A DNA stretch of 64,000 nt from Actinomycetota bacterium (GCA_038040365.1 JBBPIL010000007.1:7550-71549); one strand, 5' to 3'; shown: positions 16,983 to 26,192, numbered from the stretch's first letter. Notes: a model not told the origin generated them from the letters alone. A program made the numbers and translations.

Positions 16983-18121
16983 GGGTTCGCCAGCTCCACG
17001 ATCCTCTCGGCGGCGCCCAGCATGGTCTTCTCCACGTGCAGATCGGGGAGGTCGGCTTCGGCGAGCAGCGCCAGCCCCTCCTCCGAGTTGGTGCCATCGA
17101 GGCGGACCACCAGCGGCACCTCTATGTCCATCCGCGCGAACGCCTCGATGATCCCCTTGGCGATCTCGTCGCAGCGGGTGATGCCGCCGAAGATGTTGAA
17201 GAGGATCGCGGTGACGTTGGCGTCGGAAGTGATCACCTCGAGCGCGTCGACGATCGCCTCCGCCTTCGAGCCACCGCCGGCGTCGAGGAAGTTGGCGGGC
17301 TTGCCGCCCGCCTGGGCGACGACGTCGAGCGTCGACATGCAGAGGCCGGCCCCGTTGCCGAGGATGCCGACGTTGCCGCCGAGCTTCACGTAGGTGAGGC
17401 CCTTCTCCTTCGCCATCTGCTCCTGGGGGTCCTCGGCGGAGCGGTCGCGCAGCTCGGACAGCTCCTCGTGCCTGTACAGGGCGCTGTTGTCGATCGTCAT
17501 CTTCGAGTCGAGCGCGACCACCTCGCGGTCGGAGGTGACGATCAGGGGGTTGACCTCGATCAGGGTCGCGTCCTCGGCGAGTGCGACCTGGTGGAGCTTG
17601 ACCAGAAGCTTCGCCACCTGATCGGTGGCGTCCTCGTCGATCCGGGCGTCGATCGACATCTCCCGCCCGGCCTCGTGGGTGAGCTCCTCGCCTGGCTCGA
17701 TGTGGCGTCTGATCAGGGCCGACGGATCCGTCTCCGCGACCTCCTCCACGTCCATGCCGCCCATGCGCGAGAGCATCGCGAGCAGCTTCTTCTCAGAGCG
17801 GTCGAGGATGATCGAGGCGTAGTACTCGGCGTCGATCCTCGAGGCGCGCTCGATCCAGACCTCGTGGACGGTGAAGCCGCGGATGTCCATGCCGAGGATC
17901 GCCTCGGCGTGACCCCGCGCCTCGTCACGATCGTTGGCGATCTTGATCCCGCCGGCCTTGCCGCGCTTGCCGATCCGCACCTGCGCCTTGACCACGCATG
18001 GGTAGCCGACCTTCTCCGCCGCCTCCACAGCGGCGGGAACGCTGTCGGCGTAGCGACCGTCGGGAACCGGGACGCCGTGCTTGGCGAAGAGCTGCTTTCC
18101 CTGGTACTCGAGCAGGTCCAC
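16979..18121 (-). CDS. sucC: succinyl-CoA synthetase beta subunit
   Basis: GTG at 18121 gives VDLLEYQGKQLFAKHGVPVP, the canonical N-terminus. ATP-grasp region, and GGITRCDEIAKGI. Confidence 0.95.
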   Translation of the reverse strand: MDLLEYQGKQLFAKHGVPVPDGRYADSVPAAVEAAEKVGYPCVVKAQVRIGKRGKAGGIKIANDRDEARGHAEAILGMDIRGFTVHEVWIERASRIDAEYYASIILDRSEKKLLAMLSRMGGMDVEEVAETDPSALIRRHIEPGEELTHEAGREMSIDARIDEDATDQVAKLLVKLHQVALAEDATLIEVNPLIVTSDREVVALDSKMTIDNSALYRHEELSELRDRSAEDPQEQMAKEKGLTYVKLGGNVGILGNGAGLCMSTLDVVAQAGGKPANFLDAGGGSKAEAIVDALEVITSDANVTAILFNIFGGITRCDEIAKGIIEAFARMDIEVPLVVRLDGTNSEEGLALLAEADLPDLHVEKTMLGAAERIVELANP

Positions 18122-18318
18122 TGGGTCGCGGCAGCCTATCCGACGCACAAGGGCCGCGCCGCCGGCTCGGACGGGCATCACAGCCACGCCGCAAACCCCG
18201 TCGCAAGTCCGGAAATGTGCCACTTGGCATAATCCCGCGCCGCGAACGCAAGGGTCAGTAGGGGGAGATGTCGATGGAGGAAATGATGGTCATCCGAGCG
18301 GCACGCAGGTAAGAATTC

Positions 18319-19002
18319 ATGGCGCTACCCAAGCTGAAGGAAATCCAGTGGGTGACCACGGACTGCTACGGAACCCTGATCGACTGGGAGAAGGGGATCT
18401 CGGACGCCTTCGCCGCAGAGGCGAAGAGGGACGGCTTCAGCTTCGAAGAGGGCCCGTTCCTCGAGCGCTTCTTCGAGATCCAGGCCGAGATCATCCGGGG
18501 CTCGTATGAGCTCTACGCTGAGGTGCTGCGGCGCGCGACCGTGCGCGCGGCGCACGAAATCGGCTGGGAGCTCGAGCCTTCGCGCGCCCAGTTCCTGCCC
18601 GACAGCGTCGCCAGGTGGCTGCCCTTCCGCGAGGCAAACGCGGCCATGGACCGGCTGGCCAAGCGCTACGAGGTCGGGATCGTCTCGAACGTCGACGACA
18701 AGCTGCTCGGCGTCTCGCGCCGTCACCTGCGAACCGACCTCCACCTGGTGGTGACGGCACAGCAGGTCCGCAGCTACAAGCCCGATCCCGCCCACTTCAA
18801 GGAGTGCGCGCGGCGAATGGGCGGCAAGAAGGGCTGGGTGCACGTCGGCAGCGGCTATGAGACCGACGTCGCGCCGGTGCTGAAGATGAACGTGCCCGTG
18901 ATCTGGGTCAACCGCAAGGGCGAGAAGCTCGACGGACGCAAGCCGCCAACCGCGACGGTCAAGAACTTCCGCGAGGCGGCGAAGAGACTTGGCGCCGGCT
19001 GA
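18319..19002 (+). CDS. HAD superfamily hydrolase (haloacid dehalogenase type II-like)
   Basis: Motif I TDCYGTLIDW. VSNVDD. Distal HVGSGYETD. Confidence 0.75.
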   Translation: MALPKLKEIQWVTTDCYGTLIDWEKGISDAFAAEAKRDGFSFEEGPFLERFFEIQAEIIRGSYELYAEVLRRATVRAAHEIGWELEPSRAQFLPDSVARWLPFREANAAMDRLAKRYEVGIVSNVDDKLLGVSRRHLRTDLHLVVTAQQVRSYKPDPAHFKECARRMGGKKGWVHVGSGYETDVAPVLKMNVPVIWVNRKGEKLDGRKPPTATVKNFREAAKRLGAG

Positions 19003-19018
19003 TGCCGCCGACGAGGCG

Positions 19019-19936
19019 ATGGTGGCGCGAGCGCACGAGCGCTTCGCGGTCGAGAGGCGGCGCGTCCGGCGGCGCGTCCGGCATCGGAGGGGAGCACTTC
19101 CCGACCTGGTCGTGGTCGGAGGGCTCAAGTGCGGTACGACCAGCCTCCATCACTACCTAAACCTGCACCCGGAGGTCGAGATGTCACGACCCAAGGAGCT
19201 CAACTTCTTTGTCGCCGAGCTCAACTGGCCGCTGGGGCCAGAGTGGTACGCGAGCCACTTCAGCGGCCGCGCCTCGGTCCGCGGCGAGAGCTCTCCCCAC
19301 TACACGAACCGACCCCGTTTCGAGGGCGTCGCCGAGCGCATGCGCTCAGTGGTCGCCGACGCCCGCCTCGTCTACATGGTGCGCGACCCGATCGACCGCA
19401 TGCTCTCCCACTACCTCCACAACCTCGGCGGGGGCTACGACAACCGCACCCTCGCCGATGCCTTCGCCGACCCCGAGAGCGCCTACGTGACCCGCAGCCG
19501 CTACTTCTTCCAGCTCGAGCCCTATCTGGAGGAGTTCGGGCCAGAGCGGATCGAGATCGTCGGCCGCGAGGAGCTGAAACGCGACCGCCCGTCCACGATG
19601 CGCCGCGTGTTCGCCTTCCTCGGCGTCGACCCCGGCTTCAGCTCCACGCAGTTCGAGCGCGAGTGGGAGACCGGCACCGCCAAGGGCGGCGGCCGCTTCC
19701 GGCTCATGGATCGAGCGGTGCGGCTCCCCGGCCTGCGCGCTGTCGATCGCAACTTCGACCGCCTCCCCGAGCCGCTGCGCTGGCTCGTCGAGCGAGTCGT
19801 CCACGACCCCGGCGCCGGCGCGGCGCCCAAGCCGGAGGTCCCGCCGCCGCTCAGACAGCAGCTCGCGGACCTCTTCCGCGAAGACGTTGCCCGCCTCGAG
19901 GGGGTCGCGGGTCGCGGATTCGGCTGGCTCGGTTAG
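19019..19936 (+). CDS. sulfotransferase family protein
   Basis: PAPS-binding loop VVVGGLKCGTTSL and RDPIDRMLSHY. The start is uncertain: ATG at 19019 or TTG at 18989. Confidence 0.75.
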   Translation: MVARAHERFAVERRRVRRRVRHRRGALPDLVVVGGLKCGTTSLHHYLNLHPEVEMSRPKELNFFVAELNWPLGPEWYASHFSGRASVRGESSPHYTNRPRFEGVAERMRSVVADARLVYMVRDPIDRMLSHYLHNLGGGYDNRTLADAFADPESAYVTRSRYFFQLEPYLEEFGPERIEIVGREELKRDRPSTMRRVFAFLGVDPGFSSTQFEREWETGTAKGGGRFRLMDRAVRLPGLRAVDRNFDRLPEPLRWLVERVVHDPGAGAAPKPEVPPPLRQQLADLFREDVARLEGVAGRGFGWLG

Positions 19937-20115
19937 TGCCCCGTCCGCCAATGGTGGCCCGCTTCTGGCGAGCGAAAGTCGAGCATGGCGAGGACGCAGC
20001 AACGTTCCGCACTACGTGCGGAACGTGGCGTAGCAGCGCTACGTCGGCGACCGAGGACGAAGCCAGGCGAAGACTTGCAGCCGCCAGAACGGGGCATCCA
20101 TTGGTTGAGGGGGCA

Positions 20116-20298
20116 CTAGCTCGGGTCGGGCCGGACCAGGACCGTATCGGCCACCGGGATGATCTCGTCAATGGGCAGATCCGCGCGCGAGGCGTGGTCA
20201 CGGATTGCCTCGGGGCCGGTCGCCTGGTAGACGCGGACGGTGCCCACCGAGCCGCCGTCCTCCTCGAGGACATAGCTCCGAATCCAGCGGATGTCGTC
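20116..20298 (-). pseudogene. DUF4242-like C-terminal fragment without start codon
   Basis: A 60-codon stop-to-stop frame reads DDIRWIRSYVLEEDGGSVGTVRVYQATGPEAIRDHASRADLPIDEIIPVADTVLVRPDPS. It has no ATG/GTG/TTG near its 5' end and abuts the rpiB start. Confidence 0.4.
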
Positions 20299-20311
20299 CT
20301 AAGCTGTTGGC

Positions 20312-20758
20312 ATGCGCGTGGCCGTAGCGGCGGATGAGCGGGTGGGGATCGCCGAGGCAATCGTCGAGGAGCTACGCAGGCGAGGCCACGAGCCGATCCC
20401 GCACGGGGCGCTCAGCGACACCGAGCGCGACGATTGGGCCTGGGCCAGCGAGGCCGCCGCGCGCGACGTCGCCGAGGGCCGGAGCGAGCAGGCGATCGTC
20501 TGCTGCTGGACCGGCACGGGCGCCTCGATCGCGGCCAACAAGGTGCAGGGAGTGCGCGCCGCGCTCTGCGGCGACGCGCAGACGGCCGCCGGTGCCCGCA
20601 GATGGAACGACGCCAACGTGCTCGCGCTCAGCCTGCGCGCCACCTCCGAGGCCGAGCTCGGGGAAATCCTGGATGCCTGGTTCGAGTCCCGGCCCAGCTC
20701 GGACACGGACGATCGGGCCAACGTCACCCACCTCTCCGAGATCGAGTCCGCCGAGTAA
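20312..20758 (+). CDS. rpiB: ribose-5-phosphate isomerase B (RpiB/LacA/LacB family)
   Basis: MRVAVAADE.. and AIVCCWTGTGASIAANKVQGVRAA. Confidence 0.85.
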   Translation: MRVAVAADERVGIAEAIVEELRRRGHEPIPHGALSDTERDDWAWASEAAARDVAEGRSEQAIVCCWTGTGASIAANKVQGVRAALCGDAQTAAGARRWNDANVLALSLRATSEAELGEILDAWFESRPSSDTDDRANVTHLSEIESAE

Positions 20759-20808
20759 GGGCAGGGATGGACTCACGCCGGCGCAGTAGCTGCGTATAGC
20801 CTCACGCC

Positions 20809-21543
20809 GTGCGCCGCCTGCTTCCCGATCCGGGCCCGACCAGCGTCGGCCGGCAGCTCGACGGGCTCGAGCTGGCCACCGAAGCGCACGATCACCGTCC
20901 CTACGTGATCACCAACTTCGCGATCACGCTCGACGGTCGGGCGACGATCCAGGGCCGCTCCGGCGCGATCGGCAGCGACGCCGACACGCAGATGCTGGTC
21001 GGCCTCCGGGCCAAGGTCGACGCCGTGATGATCGGTGCAGGCACGCTGCGAACCGAGCGTTACGGCCGCATCGTGCCCGATCCCGAGAAGCGCGCTCAGC
21101 GCGAGCGGGACGGGCTTCCGCACGACCCGCTCGCAGTGGTGGTCAGCGGTCGACTCGACATCCCGTGGGACGCGCCGCTGTTCACGGAGGGCGGCGGCCG
21201 GGTGCTGATCTTCACCGTGTCCGAGATGGAGGCGCCCGATACCCGGACCCCCGTAGGCGTCGTCCGCCAGCAGGGCCGCGTCGACCTGGCCGCAGCCCTG
21301 ACCCACCTGCGCACCGAGCACGGCGTCCGCGCCCTGCTCTGCGAGGGCGGGCCCCGGCTGCATGGCCAGCTGATCGAGGCGGGCCTGGTCGACGAGCTCT
21401 TCGTCACCCACGCGCCGAAGCTCGCGGGCGGCGAGGGGCCGGGCCTGGCGACGGGCCTGCCGGAGCTCGAGCGGCCACTCGACCTCGCCTGGCTCCTGGA
21501 GCAGGATGGCGAGCTCTTCGCCCGCTACCGAACCGTCAGCTGA
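20809..21543 (+). CDS. RibD C-terminal domain (pyrimidine/dihydrofolate reductase-like) protein
   Basis: ITNFAITLDGRATIQG.., DAVMIGAGTLRTE, LLCEGGPRLHGQLIEAGLVDELF. Confidence 0.75.
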   Translation: MRRLLPDPGPTSVGRQLDGLELATEAHDHRPYVITNFAITLDGRATIQGRSGAIGSDADTQMLVGLRAKVDAVMIGAGTLRTERYGRIVPDPEKRAQRERDGLPHDPLAVVVSGRLDIPWDAPLFTEGGGRVLIFTVSEMEAPDTRTPVGVVRQQGRVDLAAALTHLRTEHGVRALLCEGGPRLHGQLIEAGLVDELFVTHAPKLAGGEGPGLATGLPELERPLDLAWLLEQDGELFARYRTVS

Positions 21544-21764
21544 GTGCGCCTCGCCTCGCCCTAGGTCCGAACCCCGCCGGCGTCGGGCGCGGCCTTCGGG
21601 AGGCCGGCGTCATCCAGCAGCGCCAGGAGGCCACCCTACGGCCCACGAGCCTCAGGCGCGAAGACCTCGATGCTCGCTTCCCGGGTCTGCTGGAGCGGAT
21701 CCTCGAAGCGGCAGAGGACGAGGCGCCAGTCGCCGTCTGAAGCACGATTCCCGGTGCTCCCGCC

Positions 21765-21801
21765 GAGATGGGAGTTCTGGATCGATGTGATTCACAACCC
21801 C
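21765..21801. repeat. repeat family 2, copy C (..TTCTGGATCGATGTGATTCACAACCCC)
   Basis: 34 of 37 nt are identical to 40601-40637. It contains the palindrome TGTGATTCACA. Confidence 0.85.
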
Positions 21802-21896
21802 CACCTCACCGACGAATGTGGTGATGTCAGGTCATGCCGATACGGAATCGGGTCGCCCCACGAATCGCCTCACGGAAGACCAGGGGGATGGTGCTC

Positions 21897-22589
21897 TCAG
21901 GCCGCGGGGATCAGACCAGCCGCCTCGACCCGCTCCTCCCCGCGGCGGAGCATGCGCAGCGCCAGAATCGCGCCGCCCAGCGTCGCGGCCAGGCCGCAGC
22001 TCACCTGGACGCTGAGCACCCCCTCCCTGGTCCAGTAGACGTCGCGGAGGTCGAGCAGCAGCGCGGCTTCATCGAAGGTGAGGCCGATTCCGGCCCCGAA
22101 CGGAACCGCGAACACCTGCTCGAGCCGTGGGTTGGAGCTGACCAGCGCCACAGCGCCGGAGCCGAAGGCGATCAGGATCCCCGGCACGAAGTGGTGGATG
22201 TGGCGGCCCCCGAGGCGAACGTTCCCGAACGGCCACCAGCCGCCGCGAATTCCAGCCGTCGAGAGCCGGATCAGAGCGAAGGCGAAAACGAACCCGGCCA
22301 GCATGTTGAAGAGCACCGTTTCGTGCCGGGGCGTGGCGTCGTAGCCCTCGATCGCGACCGCGACGGTGTCCTGAGTGGCCCGGCCCGCGGTCTCGAGCGC
22401 CTGCTCGGCCGTCTCGCGCACGCCCGCGGGCGGCTCGCGTCGCTGCAGGCGCCGATGCGCCAACCGCGCTATCTCACCAGCCAGGACACTGCCGGCCGTG
22501 GCGATCGCCAAGCCGGCGAGGCCAACGGTCAGCCGGTCGGCGCGACGGCGATCACCCCCACCGGTGCTCCGCTGGAACAGCCGGCTCAC
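21897..22589 (-). CDS. hypothetical integral membrane protein
   Basis: GTG at 22589 overlaps the dehydrogenase stop (GTGA). Several TM helices (LFNMLAGFVFAFALI, HHFVPGILIAFGSGAVAL). I do not recognise a family. Confidence 0.55.
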   Translation of the reverse strand: MSRLFQRSTGGGDRRRADRLTVGLAGLAIATAGSVLAGEIARLAHRRLQRREPPAGVRETAEQALETAGRATQDTVAVAIEGYDATPRHETVLFNMLAGFVFAFALIRLSTAGIRGGWWPFGNVRLGGRHIHHFVPGILIAFGSGAVALVSSNPRLEQVFAVPFGAGIGLTFDEAALLLDLRDVYWTREGVLSVQVSCGLAATLGGAILALRMLRRGEERVEAAGLIPAA

Positions 22590-23833
22590 AGCTGGACCAG
22601 GTTCTCCGCCCCGATGCCCCGCGTCACCCCGCGGAAGTCGAGCACGAGCGCCGCCTCGCGCACCACCCGCTCGTAGTCCACCTCCGGATGAGCGGTGACG
22701 ATGGCGACGATGTCGGCCCGTCCGAGCTCCGCCCCGAGATCCGCCGAGGCAAGCGAGAACTCCGGCAGCTCCGGAATGTGCGCGTCGTGGTAGGCGATCT
22801 CGGCGCCCAGATCGCGCAGGTCCCTGATGATCTTCACCGCCGGCGACTCGCGCAGGTCGCCGACGCCGGCCTTGTAGGCGACGCCCAGCACCAGTACCCG
22901 CGAGCCGCGCACCGGCTTGCGGACCTGGTTGAGCGTGCGCTCGATCTTCTCCACGCAAAACTTCGGCTGCGCCTGATTGAGCTTCCCGGCCAGCTCGATG
23001 AACTCGGTGTAGAAGTCGTGCTCGCGGGCCTTGAACGCGAGGTAGAACGGGTCCACCGGAAGGCAATGCCCGCCCATCCCCGGGCCGGGCTCGAAGCGCA
23101 TGAAGCCGAACGGCTTGGTGGCCGCCGCGTCGACGACCTCCCAGACGTCGATCCCCATCCGGTCGCAGAGCTGGGCAAGCTCGTTGACCAGCGCGATGTT
23201 GACCGAGCGGAAGATGTTCTCGAGCAGCTTGCTCAGCTCGGCCACCTCCGGAGAGGAGACCTCCACGACCTCGTCGCAGATCAGGCGGTAGAGCGCCGCG
23301 GCGCGGCGGCAGCATTCCTCGGTGACGCCGCCGACGATCTTTGGGGTGGTGCGGATCGTGTGATCGGTGCGGCCGGGGTCGATGCGCTCGGGCGAGTAGG
23401 CGAGGTTGAACTCGCGCCCCGCCGCCAGACCCGACTCCTCGAGGATGGGGAGCAGGCGCTCGCGCGTGGTGCCCGGGTAGGTCGTCGACTCGAGCACCAC
23501 GAGCCGGCCCTCGTGCAGGACCTGCGACAGCTGGGTCGCGGCGTCCACGAGGTAGCCGAGGTCGGGCTCGCGATGGTTGGCGAGCGGCGTCGGCACGCAG
23601 ATCACGATTGCCTCGCAGCCGGCAAGCCCTCTGTATTCGTCGGTCGCGGTGAACCGCTCGACTACTGCCCGAAGACGCTCGGAGGACACGTCTTCCACGT
23701 CCGACTCTGAGCGGCGCAGGCGCTCGACGCGCCGCACGTCGACATCCACCCCGACGACCTCGCATCCGGCCTCGGCGAAGACGACCGCCAGCGGCAGGCC
23801 CACGTAGCCGAGGCCGATGATCCCAACCTTCAT
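22586..23833 (-). CDS. nucleotide-sugar dehydrogenase (UDP-glucose/UDP-ManNAc dehydrogenase family)
   Basis: MKVGIIGLGYVGLP NAD-binding fold. Catalytic Cys region GMGGHCLPVDP. Confidence 0.9.
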   Translation of the reverse strand: MKVGIIGLGYVGLPLAVVFAEAGCEVVGVDVDVRRVERLRRSESDVEDVSSERLRAVVERFTATDEYRGLAGCEAIVICVPTPLANHREPDLGYLVDAATQLSQVLHEGRLVVLESTTYPGTTRERLLPILEESGLAAGREFNLAYSPERIDPGRTDHTIRTTPKIVGGVTEECCRRAAALYRLICDEVVEVSSPEVAELSKLLENIFRSVNIALVNELAQLCDRMGIDVWEVVDAAATKPFGFMRFEPGPGMGGHCLPVDPFYLAFKAREHDFYTEFIELAGKLNQAQPKFCVEKIERTLNQVRKPVRGSRVLVLGVAYKAGVGDLRESPAVKIIRDLRDLGAEIAYHDAHIPELPEFSLASADLGAELGRADIVAIVTAHPEVDYERVVREAALVLDFRGVTRGIGAENLVQL

Positions 23834-23886
23834 GGCGGGTAAGTGTAGGTTGCTCGGTGGACCGGCAGGTGCGGTCTGAGGATGGC

Positions 23887-24288
23887 TCAGGCGGAAATCA
23901 GGGCGCGCAGCGAGGCGGCGATCGTTCCCGCGTCATCGGTGACCGTGCCGTCGGCGAGCTGCTCGATCAGGCGGCAGTTCATCTCCGGCATGCGGCCCTC
24001 GTCCCGCGCCCCTTCCACCAAGGCCGCGACGGGGATCTGGAGCTTGGTAGCAACCAGAACCGCAGCCAGCGCCAGGTTCGAGGTGGACACGAGCAGCACC
24101 GCGTCGGGAGCATCGTCGGCGAACAGCCGCTCGAACGCGATCAGCGCGGCGGCGAGCTCGCCGACCTGGTCGTCGTGCACGGCCGCGAGCGCGCTCTTGG
24201 GAGGACGCTCGACGGCCACCCCCCCGGTCTCGAGCGCCCCCGCGAGAGCGTGGGGACGCCCCTTCTCGCCGACGATCACGATCTTCAT
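23887..24288 (-). CDS. short protein resembling only the N-terminal Rossmann half of UDP-GlcNAc 2-epimerase (possible remnant)
   Basis: MKIVIVGEKGRPHAL.., PDAVLLVSTSNLALAAVLVATKLQIPVAALVEG.., MPEMNCRLIEQLAD. The C-terminal domain is absent. The start is uncertain: 24288, 24294 or 24315. Confidence 0.45.
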   Translation of the reverse strand: MKIVIVGEKGRPHALAGALETGGVAVERPPKSALAAVHDDQVGELAAALIAFERLFADDAPDAVLLVSTSNLALAAVLVATKLQIPVAALVEGARDEGRMPEMNCRLIEQLADGTVTDDAGTIAASLRALISA

Positions 24289-24546
24289 CTCCATCACCCT
24301 TACGAGATTCCTCAAGCCTTACCACTAAGCATTACCAAGCACCGCGCGAGCTGCGTCCCGATTCGGCCGCGGGTAATACATTTCCTGGTCGATGAAGCGG
24401 CTTCTGGCACCGCTGACGGTGGGCGTCGGGGCAACCCGGCACCTGATCTGGTACCTCAGCTACCAAATCACGGGTGAGACCCGCGAAGAGGCCCGCACGC
24501 CGCGCGGGGGGCTCGCCTCGCCGACGGGACGCGCATAGACTCCTCA

Positions 24547-24569
24547 CCTCGGTTCGGTTGCAACCGAGG
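24547..24569 (+). promoter_or_regulatory. 8-bp hairpin whose 3' arm covers part of the Shine-Dalgarno of the acyl-CoA ligase gene
   Basis: CCTCGGTT-cggttgc-AACCGAGG, followed by AGGATGATGCG-ATG at 24581. Confidence 0.35.
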
Positions 24570-24580
24570 AGGATGATGCG

Positions 24581-26158
24581 ATGGACGGGCTGATGATGGA
24601 TCGCCCGCTCCTCGTCAAGCAGATCGCGGAGCGAGCGGAGGCGGTGTTCGGGCATCGCGAGGTGGTCGCCCGGACCCAGGAAGGCGTTGAGCGCTCGACC
24701 TACGGACGGGTCGTCGAGCGGGCGCGGCGCCTGGCCAGCGCGCTCGCCGAGCTCGGAGTGGGGCCCGGCGATCGAGTCGCAAGCTTCGCCTGGAACTCGC
24801 TCCGCCACCTGGAGCTCTACCTCGCGGTGCCGAGCATGGGGGCCGTCCTCCACACGCTCAACATCCGGTTGTTCGAGGAACACCTCCGCTACGTCGTTGA
24901 GCACGCAGATGACCGCGTGATCTTTCTCGACGCCTCGCTGGCGCCCCTGATGCCGCGGTTCGAGGGCACCGACCGCGAGGTTCTGATGCCGGACGGGCCC
25001 GGCGAGCGGCGGGGAGCGCTCGACTACGAGGAGCTGGTGGCAAGCGGCGACCCGGCGTTCGAGCTCCCCGAGCTCGACGAGAACACGGCGGCGGCGATGT
25101 GCTACACGAGCGGTACCACAGGCCGGCCCAAGGGCGTGCTGTACTCGCACCGCTCGATCGTCCTCCACACCCTCGGTGCGGCGCTGCCCGACTCCATGGG
25201 CGTTCGCGAGGCCGACTCGGTGATGCCCGTGGTGCCGATGTTCCACGCGATGGCCTGGGGCATCCCGTACATCGCCACGATGCTGGGCGCGAGGCAGGTC
25301 CTGCCCGGTCCCGACCTCACCCCGGGGGGGCTGGCTGAGCTGATCGCGGCCGAGGGCGTCACCTGGAGCGCCGGCGTGCCGACGATCTGGAACGGCTTCC
25401 TGGAGCTCGATCCGCCGCCCGATCTCTCCAGCCTGCGGGAGCTCAAGGCGGGCGGCTCCGCCGTCCCCGAGCCCCTGATCCGCGCCTTCGACGAGCGCTT
25501 CGGGGTGCGGCTCGTCCAGGGCTGGGGGATGACCGAGACCAGCCCGCTGGCCGCCGCCTCGCGCCTGCCGGCGGGGGTCGAGCTCTCAGACGACGAGGCC
25601 TACGCGCTGCGAGCCAGCCAGGGGCGCGTCCTGCCGCTGGTCGAGTTCCGGATCGATGAGGACGCGGGTGGCGAGCTACAGGTGCGCGGCCCGTGGATCG
25701 CGCGTGCCTATTACCGGGACCCGAGCGGCGATGAGAAGTTCACCGACGACGGGTGGCTCCGTACGGGCGACGTGGCCGAGCTCAAGCGCGATGCGTTCAT
25801 CAGGCTCGTCGACCGCACCAAGGACCTGGTCAAGTCGGGCGGCGAGTGGATCTCCTCGGTCGAGCTCGAGAACGCGGTCATGGCCCACCCCGACGTGGTC
25901 GAGGCCGCCGTCATCGCCGTCCCCGACGAACGCTGGGGGGAGCGGCCATGCGCCTGCGTCGTCCGCCGCGCGGGCCGCGACCTCGATGCCGATGGCCTCC
26001 GGGCGCACCTCGACGGGCGGGTGGCCAGGTGGTGGATCCCGGAGCGCATCGAGTTCATCGACGAGGTGCCCAAGACCTCGGTCGGCAAGTTCGACAAGAA
26101 GCTCCTGCGCGCCCGGTTCGCGAGCAGCGAGGCGGCGGTCGGCTCCGAACCGCGCTGA
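24581..26158 (+). CDS. long-chain acyl-CoA ligase (AMP-dependent synthetase)
   Basis: AMP-binding motif YTSGTTGRPKGV, GWGMTET, C-terminal PKTSVGKFDKK. Confidence 0.9.
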   Translation: MDGLMMDRPLLVKQIAERAEAVFGHREVVARTQEGVERSTYGRVVERARRLASALAELGVGPGDRVASFAWNSLRHLELYLAVPSMGAVLHTLNIRLFEEHLRYVVEHADDRVIFLDASLAPLMPRFEGTDREVLMPDGPGERRGALDYEELVASGDPAFELPELDENTAAAMCYTSGTTGRPKGVLYSHRSIVLHTLGAALPDSMGVREADSVMPVVPMFHAMAWGIPYIATMLGARQVLPGPDLTPGGLAELIAAEGVTWSAGVPTIWNGFLELDPPPDLSSLRELKAGGSAVPEPLIRAFDERFGVRLVQGWGMTETSPLAAASRLPAGVELSDDEAYALRASQGRVLPLVEFRIDEDAGGELQVRGPWIARAYYRDPSGDEKFTDDGWLRTGDVAELKRDAFIRLVDRTKDLVKSGGEWISSVELENAVMAHPDVVEAAVIAVPDERWGERPCACVVRRAGRDLDADGLRAHLDGRVARWWIPERIEFIDEVPKTSVGKFDKKLLRARFASSEAAVGSEPR

Positions 26159-26192
26159 TCCTGGGCGCCTCGCGATTCCCGCAGGGCGTCGG

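Noticed and set aside
21769-21825. Short peptide ORF MGVLDRCDSQPPPHRRMW inside repeat copy C, with a similar N-terminus (LGLLDPCDSQP) at copy D.
   Set aside because: There is no ribosome-binding site. Copy D has no nearby stop and merges into an antisense shadow ORF of hemL. The family-1 copies are conserved in different frames, so conservation looks nucleotide-level.
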